64,000 bases of DNA from Felis catus (Eukaryota): assembly GCF_018350175.1 (NCBI RefSeq), contig NC_058368.1:178996001-179060000 (forward strand), given 5' to 3'. The position numbers and the translations under genes are program-made. Shown one piece after another: positions 54,085 to 64,000 of the stretch (within the stretch, counting starts at the first letter, position 1; every line of letters begins with the position of its first letter). The notes under the pieces were generated by a model. It worked only from the letters and a program-made list of their open reading frames with translations, searched no databases and was not told where the DNA came from.

Positions 54085-55271
54085 AAAAAATAAATAAAAA
54101 GCTGATTCTGCGCATTCTCTACCTCTGTGAGGAGAGGCAGGTATAACCAATACCATCTCCTGTTCAAAATTAAGAGTCATCTTTACATACTTTATGATTG
54201 CTAAGCAGGGTACAAAATGATGACTCTTGTTTCTGTTAGAGGAGTGAAACATAAAAACGAAAAGCCTGTTTTAAGAGAGGGAAAAACACTCCCTCTGGGT
54301 TTGGCGCAAAATTAAATCTTATGAGTTACTCAGCAGCCAGAAAGGCACAGAGCAAAGCCAGTGTGAAACAGCCTTTCAAAGTAACTGGAGTTGACGGCTA
54401 ACCTTGCTCAGTAAGGGGGAAAGAGGAGTTACACAGGCAGAAGTCAGGCCTTTATCCTTCACCTGAGCCTGTCCCTTTCCTATGCCAAGTGCAACTCAAG
54501 CAAGCTGGAGGAGGGAATTTAACACTATCATTAAAAAAAAAAAAAATCCATACCCAGGCTAAGGCAGACATCATCCCCTGAGTCATATGCCACCCAGGGT
54601 TACACTGAATAAGGTAATAACAGGAAAGCAGAGCTTCCTTATGCCAGGCCTGCTGTGCTGGGCTGTAATTACCCAAATGATGACAATCAATTGAAGACAA
54701 GCATCCTCTCCCATCCCCCAAGCACACAATGCCCCCCAAAAGGAAGCTTGGCATCCTGCACTATAATTTCTAGATTTCCATGCATGGTTCTACCCCTGAG
54801 CAATGGTTCCTGCAGGTAGATATAGTCTATACTTGGGAAGGGAGACAGGCCAACAAAGCAACAGTAAAAGGGGATGGCTATGCTACTGTCAGCAGAGAAG
54901 AACCAAACAACCAGAATAAAAATCCAAGACATTTACCCCGGGAGGCTTTTTTATTTTTCCTCCAAATTTCCAATTTTGAGAAGTCAGTGCCTGTAGAAAC
55001 CAAAGAGCACACCCGACAGTCTGGATTGTCAAAGTCAGATCTTTGCACCGGCCATTCCCCACTACCACATGAAAATGAATTTATGAGTACAAATGAATGT
55101 GCTTGAAGATTTTGCCATTTTACGGTTTATTAAATGCCATATTGGAAGATGCTAGGTTTTATAGACTGGAAAGGGCTCTTTAATTGAGAAGGTAAAGGAA
55201 TGAGGATGAGCCCAACCATTCTTCCATTTCCAGTGAATATTGAAAATAAAGAAAAAACATAGGTCACATTA

Positions 55272-55605
55272 GAGTGATGGTTCTTAAAGTATAGTCCTTG
55301 GACCAGTAGTATCCACATCACCTGGGAACTCAGAAAAATAAATGATCAGGTCCCATCCTCCAAATGTAAGGATGGGAGCTGTTTTAACAGCTCCTCCAGG
55401 TCAGAAAGTTAAAAACTTTCTGCAACTAGAGCTGTGGTCCTCTGCCCTGGCTGCCTCTTATCACCACCTGGTAAACTTGCCCTTGTGATGCCCCCGCCAA
55501 TCCCAAGCCAATTCAGTCAGAATGGCTGGGACCAGAGCCTTGATGTAGCTGCTTTAAAAAACTCCTCTGATGATATACATGTGCAGCCAGAGTGGAGAGC
55601 TGCTA
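55272..55605. mobile_element. Two adjacent MER5-family (hAT-Charlie) relics
   Basis: gtgatggttcttaaagtatagtccttggaccagtagtatccacatcacctgggaact and aactcctctgatgatatacatgtgcagccagagtggagagctgct. Confidence 0.65.
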
Positions 55606-58164
55606 CATACCAGAATAAGAGAGATTTAGATTAGATACTTGGGGACTTCTGATTGTCAGTTGAGTTCAAAGGGATAACGGCAACTAAATGAGTCTCTTTG
55701 GTGGAAGGAAAACCTTTTGAGAAGAAGAGAGGTTTCCATGTTCATGAACTGAAGAGGTTTGCTGCAAAGCTCACGTAGAGGATCAGAATCTCATACCAAA
55801 CCCAATGGTAACAACTGTACTTAATAAGTCATCTAGCAAAGAGAGTTGCTCACCCAGGGAAAGGGGTGGGCTAGGCCCCATAGGCAGAAGTCATTATAAA
55901 AGCAATGCACTCAGAGGCAGTAGAGTGACACCACACCTCCCACACACCTCAAGTCCAAATGCCGCAATCCTCCAAGGGGAGCTCAGAGCCTCCCACTCAC
56001 TTCTCATCTTTGAAGCCCCCACTACCCAGAGTGTGTGAGATAGCAGCCTCTTCTCACCAGTGTCTGATGTTACCCAGTGTGCAAAATGATGACAACCCAT
56101 CAGAACAGAACTCTAGGAGGCCACTCCCACTGGGTGGGCAGAGCCTGAGAACCTCTGCTTCACAAATGAAACATGAACTGGAGCCATCCTTCTACCCAAA
56201 TCAGGGAAATGGTCAACCCATTATAAGTGTATTCCTTACATGGGGGTCCACTAGCATATCTCAACAAGCCAGACTGTTTTCCCCCATGAAAAGGGATGTG
56301 AGGATTACTAAACTGTAAGAAATATTATAAATTCTTTTCAACAGGAAGAAGCAATATCTTTAGGATGTTCTAGAGAAATGATGAGTCAACTCTCATGTTC
56401 CTACACTGCAAGTGAGAGTAAGACCAAATTCTCCCTTAATTTATTTTTTAAAGATCAAATGGCAAAGACTGGAACCAGTTCAACAGCTGGTTGGTGAATG
56501 TACTTATAAAAACACCACCATCATCATGACAGCATCACAGAGTGAATCCTGATGATCCAAGCACTTGGGTATCATTCTCCCTCTCCCCAAGCAAAAGGGT
56601 GAGGATAGGAAGAAAATGAGAGAGAAAAGACCATGCTCTTGTATCTCCAATGCACATGGTAATTCAGACTTTGGAGTCTGACTGACCTGGGTTTTAATGA
56701 CCCTGCCATTTATTTGCTGTCTGGCCTTGAAAGTTAAGTCCATGAATTTCAGGTTTTTCATCTGTCAAATGAGAATAATAATCCTTAGCACCTATCAAGG
56801 GTGGGCAGAAAGAAAACAGAAATAGCATTTAGCACAGTACCTAGAAAATAGCAAGTTAAGTAGCAGCTGTGACCATTAATTATTTATCCTTGAACACCCA
56901 ACTTCAGTTCCTTTGTGAAGAATTCCTTGACAAAAATGCTTACACATAGACTCACACACACACACACAAACACACTCAAAGTTTTTATAACTCCAGTGCT
57001 GTGTAAATCCAGATTTAGTTATTATATTACTTTGCAATTGTTTATTTACATATTCTTATATATATTCATAGATTTTCTTAAGGAAAGAGACCAGGCTTGT
57101 ATGTCCTCAATGACTGCCACACAGCTGGTGTATCATATATATTTACAAATGAACAAATGAATCAAGCTACTGTATTTATCTGGTAATGAGATAAGAAGCT
57201 TAATTAGGATGGCAAACATGGAAAGGACAACAGACATAGAGAAGTTGATAATAATGGTTGACTATGGGATATAAGCAGTAAAGGAATAATGTTTTGCTGT
57301 GTTTTCTAATTATAGTCAATCATAGATACAGTTCATCTAGAAATGACTTCTCTCAGAATTTTCTAGGGAGGAGAAGGGGTGGGAGGGAATGCTCACCCCA
57401 ATACTTAGAAAATACTCAGTTGTTTAAGTCTACCCAGTCTTCTGAAACCAGCGCATCTAGGAAAATAGACCTCTTGGACATTACATAAAGACAAGGTGAG
57501 GCTGCCAAATGAACATGAGTTAAATCAAGAGCCTTCCCTTTCTTCCAAATCTTAACAATTCTAGTTTGTCTCCCCATCTTTACTGTTACCACCAATCCCT
57601 CTTCTGCAGACTCTGCCCTTTGGAGGCCCTCTACTTACTCCCCTGAAACTTTCCTTTTGGTGCCATCCCTGACTAATCTCTGAAGGATGTCTACCAAATA
57701 CACCTTGGCTTCATTGCCACAGCCACCCCCCCAATCACCATCCTACTCCTCACCCTGAGCACTCTGTTCATCCAGAAAGAGCCTTAACCATTTCACCATT
57801 GCAGGAGATAACTAAGGAAACAAAACCAATGTAAATCAGCTAAGAAAACTGATGAGGGTTTTCTTGACTGTGCAGGCCTAGGAAACTCCCCTCCTGCCTC
57901 TGCAGACAACAGTTTTAGTAAATGGACAAGTCACCCAAAAAGTCTGCAATACATCCATACCTACATCCCAAGAAAGCTCGTCCAACAAGAAATATGGTGA
58001 CATAATGCTACATGTTTAACTCCAGTCCCCAAGCCATCTTTCACAGCCATGGGGGTTAGTCACTGGAAAAGTAGGCCCGCTGAGCAAGCCATTGACTTTT
58101 ATCTTTAGACTTCAACTGCTATTCATCAGCATCAATATTTCAGAGCTTAATCAGCTCAGCGTTA

Positions 58165-58368
<204 letters not shown>

Positions 58369-61300
58369 TCAGAAGCATTTGAGCATCCTCCTTCTTTAGT
58401 TTTCTTTCTTTCTTTCTTTCTTTTTGATAATTTTTCACTAAATAAACAATTCATGAATATATTTTCCTTGTAAAAAATTTAAGTGTTAAAGATTAGGTTC
58501 AGGTTTCCTTAGAACATCATTCACAATTCCAGTCCCTCCCCCAACACCCGCTCCCCAGAGGAACCCAGTTATTTTATTCCATACATATGTGTGTAAAAGA
58601 ACTGTATGTGCATATATGCAGCTACAGAGCCAACATAAATAAGAGGCAGACATAAGTAAACAAGACAAAACCCAGTGCCTTCACCTCCTGGGAGTGGCAA
58701 CCTGTTAGGAGTATTCACACAACAGAGCTGTGAAGTAATGAAGGTCAGGTTTTACCTTAAATGTTCATTCTGTTGGTGTTCTAGTTGATAACTCAGACCC
58801 CATTACAAAGATATGAATCCAAGGGAAAATGCCAGTTGGGAGATTTTAGATATTAATGAATATCTCCTTGGGAAGTCACCAGACTTTAAATTCTACTTCA
58901 AATTGAACTAAAATAGTAAACTCTCATTGGAAGTTCTGATAGTGACTGCCCCATCCCTACAAGTATTTAAGTAGTAGGTAGCTGTCTATGGATAGGGGTG
59001 ATGAGAAGGTATTCAAAGAATCAGATGAAGGGGTGAACTAAATGGTTGTTAAGTCCCCATCCAGAAGTCTATGATTCCCACAAAATACACATTCAGAGGA
59101 AGCGGCAGGCAGAAAGATATATTTGGTAAGGGGAAAGACACTGGACATGTTTGCAATGTTTACAAACCACTGCTGATGTTGTGGGAGCTGCAGACCAGTC
59201 CCCAGCAGAAGCAGTGGTTTATCAATCTGAAAGTCACCTACTTTACAGATTATCAAAAACAGCATCCCCATGAGACAAAGCCTCCCGGTGCTGAGAGTCA
59301 GCAAAATTTTAGCTGAGGAGGCCATTAATAACATGGTCTGTTTTTCAGAAAGTACTTTGTCTTCTCATTAACCATGATTTCTCAGAAACGTCTGGCTCCT
59401 CTGTTTTGAGATGAAATAATTTTTCTCGTTTGTAATTGGAGCTGTGAAATTATATTAGTCTGTAAAGCTTCAGGAAGCAGCATTTCTAAATTGTCAAGCA
59501 AACAAATCCAAGTATTTTTAAAAGACAAATGTTGCAGAGCCTGAAATCAATCTTTACAGGCAGAGCCAATGAGTATCAGAGACTTGCATACCCACCCTGG
59601 GTACCTGATACCTAATAAAGACTGGGAGATCTCCCATCTGGCAACAAGTCCAAATTGTAATTGGACCAGCACTTAGGAACCTGCAGAGCTATTCAACTCT
59701 GTATTTTCACAGGAAGGTGCTTTCTTTTATTGAAGTGATGACAGAGAGGACAAAGCAGTGATTCTGGGCTCTGGTTTCTTCCTTCTTGGAGAAAGTTTTG
59801 TCCTATGGAAGGTGCTACTACCTGAATCTATAACTCTCTTGACGTGTGATATTCTTTTGCAATAATTTCATGACTCAGGGATACTTTAAATAAGAAGGTC
59901 CTTTTCCTCGCCTCCTACTCTGCAATATTAGTGCCGTGGAAAGAATGAAATGGAGATTCTTAGCCCACTTTGGAAAACTACCTTGAGATGCATCAGGCCA
60001 AAACTACATCTGTGACCACAGCCCCAGCCCCAGCTCTAGAGGGAAGCATGACTAAGAACCACATGTGAACTCCCCATCTTCCTTATAGGTCCACTCCTTC
60101 TCTGCTCTGTCTCAGAGTAGAGACACCTTAGTCACACAGTCAACCAAACAAACTTGCTTCCTCTCTATGAACCCAACATCAATCCATCATGAAATCATAT
60201 CTATCCACCCGCAAGCCAGCCTTCTCTACCTTCTATTCCAATCCCAAACCCATCTTCCTAGTTCCAATCTCAGTAGCAGGAACTTCCCCCAAACTCAAGC
60301 CAGACCATAGGTCTCCCTGCTTAAAGTTATTCATTGGTTTCCAGTTGTCCTCAGGGTGAGTTTTGTGAACTCTTTGGCATAGCTGAAGGCCCTTTGTTAC
60401 CTAACCCTTCCTTATCTGCCCACTGTCCACCTTGCACATTGTTCCTGACGTGGTCTCTCCCTCTCCTGCCTTTTAGTTTTTGCACATTATTTTCTTTGCC
60501 CAGAATGCTTTTATCCCACCCATCTTTACCTGACTTTTTCTTGCCTTCTAGGTCTTAACTTAGATGCCAAATCCTTAGGACAACATTCCTGACACTCAAA
60601 TATGACTTGGCTGACCCTCTTCTGGGATCCTGTAGCACTCAGACTTCTGTCTTAACTGTTTGCCATACTATCTGGTCATTGTGTGTGTAATGGGATGAGC
60701 AGTGAGATCCTCCTTCCAGTGAGAAGATGAAAACAAATGGTGTGATTATCTTACATTCTAAATTCAAGTCTCCAGTTGCTAGGGTACACCACAAGGTTTT
60801 CTGAGAGGTGCCAGTTCAGCACCAGCCCCAATCTGCATGCACCTCATCCCAGAACCAAGAGAGGATCAGCAGAGGCCTTTGCATGTAAGACAATGTCCAT
60901 AAAGAGAAGCCTCAAAGTGGGCGTGGACTGAGGAAGAACCTTCACGAAATTTATGAAGACAGGACTGGCACCATACCTCCCCACTAGGGATTTGTTGGCT
61001 GATCTTTGAGCCCAGATGCATCCCCATTCTGCCAATGGAATGGGGAGATGTGGGAACACTCAGGAGTCCCGCTCTGACCAGAGGGAGAGGGTTAAACACA
61101 AGCAAGGTGTCTTTTCAGGGACTCAGTCACATCCTCAGCGTGGTTGCCCCATGTCCAAGCCTGCCTATGGCAGCCTTCACTCAGAGTTCCACTCCACACA
61201 CAGCCAGCCCCTTACTTTGTCACCAACACAGGTTAATCGACTCTTCAACCCTGTTCAATATTTTACAGGCTTTAAGGTGAAACTCATTCTGCTTTAGCCA

Positions 61301-62184
61301 AGTTCCTATTGACCGAAAGGTGAATTCAGCTCAGCTCAACCCTTTTGGGGAAGGGTGAGGAGCGTGCGGTTGTCACGCCTTGCCCTGTCCTCCCCACAGC
61401 CCTTTTGGCAAACAGAGTAGATGCCTAATTGAAAGCCAAAATTCTCCCTGGGTGAGGCTGAGTGGTACGCACTTGGCTTGGTGCTTCTGTTTGTCCGAGG
61501 AGTGTTCACAGATGTCAGAGGCCACGTGGTTAGGTCAGTTGGACATAAAGGGGGACCTCCACACACAGCTCCAGTCTGACAGATAACAATTTGTTCTCAT
61601 AACCTTCCTCCTCCAGCCAGTGTGTCACAAAGAAAAGTAATTCCACCCACCGGGAAATCAATAGCTACCCACAAACTTCATACTCCCGATCAGGTTACAA
61701 GCCTTTTACAACTCTACTAGCATTTTCCCCCAACGCATTCTTCAGCAGCAACTCATGATTCACTTTCCTTACCTCCCTGAAAGCACACCTAATTACAATA
61801 TCCAGAATCATCACTCACTCCCCCTCCAGCCTGCATCTGCCATGATGTACATCTTTACTTTATGAACCCTGAGGGCCAAAATATGTCTCCCAGCTAAACA
61901 AACAGCCTATTTAGAGATTTCAGAATCCAGCACCTGTAAAAAGTCTCTTTAGGTATCTTAGAGGGGTGAATGCTAAAGAATAAATGTACTTCCAGAACTT
62001 TATTGTAGATACTCACTGGAAGTTCATTCCAAGCTATTGCTTCTACCACATATCTCTTATATTTAACATAAAACATGACATTGCACCAAACCTATAAGAA
62101 CATGCCCTGTAATAAGTTGACCCTTGCCATTCAGAAACAGTGATGGGAGGAAGGGTAGATTGATATATAACTGCTGGAATTTTT

Positions 62185-62404
62185 TTTTTAATTTTTTTTT
62201 TAATGTTTATTTATTTTTGAGACAGAGAGAGACAGAGCATGAATGGGGGAGGGGCAGAGAGAGAGGGAGACACAGAATCGGAAGCAGGTTCCAGGCTCTG
62301 AGCCATCAGCCCAGAGCCTGACGCGGGGCTCGAACTCACGAACCGTGAGATCATGACCTGAGCTGAAGTCGGACGCTCAACCGACTGAGCCACCCAGGCG
62401 CCCC
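62185..62404 (-). mobile_element. Young felid SINE (SINEC_Fc-type), CpG-rich
   Basis: Reverse complement ggggcgcctgggtggctcagtcggttgagcgtccgacttcagctcaggtcatgatctcacggttcgtgagttcgagccccgcgtc. Perfect 16-bp TSD aactgctggaattttt (62169-62184 / 62405-62420). Confidence 0.96.
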
Positions 62405-62668
62405 AACTGCTGGAATTTTTAAGAGGATGTATGTTTGTGCCCCAAAATGTCACACTGATTATAAATATACTTTGTAAGCTCTGATAGTCTATATGTAATC
62501 TATTTATGTCTTTGAGTATATATGGGTGGGGGGGGGAAGGGGGGAGAGGAAGAGAGAAAGAGAGAGTGGGGAAAGAGAGATATAATAAATAAATACTGCT
62601 AACAGGCATGGTTCTAGTGGATATTATATTCTAATGGAGTATCAAAAACAATTCAAGAGGATAATAAT

Positions 62669-63090
62669 TGTCTTAGGTTGGATTCTCCAGGAGCAAACTC
62701 AAGAGATGAGGTTTGGGTGAAGGTGACTTACTTATTAGGAGGAGTTCCAGAAAATGCTGAAAGGGGAGTGGAAAAGTGGGACCATGAAGGAAAGGAGGCC
62801 AGTCAGGCTGCAAAAGCAGTTAAGTGTCACAGAAAGGGAGCTCTGGACACAGAGAGGGCCATAGGGGGACATAGGGGCAAAGCGGCTAGGGTATTTCAAC
62901 CCTGGGGACAGACAGCCACAGGCATTTTGAATGCCCTCAGTGCACAGGCAAATAGGCCTCTACAGCCTAAGGGCAGCACAAGGAGGCCGGTCCTGGCTGT
63001 TGGGAGAGAAAGTCCTTCCAGAGCTATTTTATGCAAAAATAAATATTCATGGATTACAGGAGACACAGTGCCCTGGAATGGATGTTGCAA
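62669..63090 (-). mobile_element. ERVL-class solo LTR relic (LTR16-like)
   Basis: Begins tgtcttaggttggattctccaggagcaaactcaagagatgaggtttgggtgaagg...tattaggaggagttccag, resembling the reverse of an LTR16 3' end. Right boundary uncertain. Confidence 0.55.
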
Positions 63091-63099
63091 TGACAAATA

Positions 63100-63460
63100 C
63101 AAATATCTGATAGTAAGACAATTAACTAGGTAACGGGAGAAAGAAAGTCTGGGTGTGTGGAGAGGACTGTTCCACGTGAGGCAGTCAGGCCTCTCTGTGA
63201 TGGAGATTCCTGAGCTGAGACCTGAGGGTGAGAAGGGAAAAACCTGCAAAGATCTCAGGAAAGAGCATTCCAAGCAGAGGAAAGGGCATGTGAAGGTCCT
63301 GGGGTAGAAATCTGCTTAACACATTGAAGGACTCACATGGACAAAGTGTGGCCAGATTATAGAATATGGGGAGCACAATACGAGAGGACAAACTTGGAGA
63401 TTCTGGCTAGGGCCAGGTCTCGTCAGGCCTGATGGCCCATGGTAAAGAGTTTGACTCTTG
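63100..63460 (-). mobile_element. L2 relic
   Basis: ggcctctctgtgatggagattcctgagctgagacctgag; gagcattccaagcagagg; ggcccatggtaaagagtttgact. Confidence 0.7.
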
Positions 63461-64000
63461 GGTGGAGATAAACATGTTTTGTTTCATTTTGTTTTGTTTT
63501 GTTTTCTATTTTTAATGAAGCTTGGGGGTGGGCCTAGAGAGGAAGGCAGAACACTGAGGAGGCTTTTTGAGGGGGGGAAGAAGAGGTCTAATGTTCACTG
63601 AGCCCTCACTATCTACCAGCCATTCTCTCCGTGAAAAGTATATCATTATACCTATTTTGTAGATGAGGAAACAAGTTCAGAGAGGTTCAGTAACTTGCCT
63701 AATATCACACAGCTGGGATTTAAACCTAGGAAATGTGCTTCCAGAGCCCATGTTCACATCTGCCAAGCTATCCTGCCTCCTTACAGTAACAGTGATGGGG
63801 AGAAAAGATGAAAGCTTGACCAGTTTGTGGCAGGAGGGTCAGACAAAAGCAGAGAGACTTGGGGCAGAGTCGACATGTCTTCCTGATGGATTAGACATGC
63901 TATATCGATGTGTATTTTGAACAACTGCATGAGAGAATAATAGATTCATTTTAGGGTTTATCAAGTTAGGACCCAATCATGGAGACCATTTCATCGCCTC

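Noticed and set aside
62211..62609. 132-aa ORF containing WGAWVAQSVERPTSAQVMISRF
   Set aside because: Translation of the SINE body, a common annotation artefact in carnivore genomes.
62678..63133. Longest ORF (151 aa) as a retroviral or novel protein
   Set aside because: TTG start inside an LTR relic; no gag/pol/env motifs.

Overview
Eukaryotic (mammalian) genomic DNA, most likely from a felid because it carries cat-type Can-SINEs and a felid-type L1 3' end. It is not a prokaryotic locus: I found no operons, rRNA/tRNA genes or CRISPR arrays. The window lies inside DOCK2 (minus strand). Two DOCK2 coding exons are visible: 58204-58352 (149 nt) and 31705-31800 (96 nt), which I recall correspond to human exons 26 and 27. 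Nested antisense in the next DOCK2 intron is the 3' end of INSYN2B/FAM196B (plus strand): last coding exon 11489-11675, then a ~2.9 kb 3'UTR ending at an AATAAA at 14534 preceded by many UGUA motifs. The rest is intronic: nine Can-SINEs (eight with visible target-site duplications), L1, L2, MIR, LTR and hAT relics, and microsatellites. Nearly all ORFs in the track are spurious. I cannot demonstrate a wholly new system. The best leads are: (1) a candidate 129-nt in-frame, phase-matched cassette exon for INSYN2B at 3550-3678; (2) a ~95%-identical inverted pair of young SINEs bracketing the 149-nt DOCK2 exon; (3) a canonical G-quadruplex in the INSYN2B 3'UTR; (4) a SINE-tail-derived intronic (GAA)18 tract. 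Gene and repeat names come from recall, not database searches, and ancient repeat boundaries are approximate.
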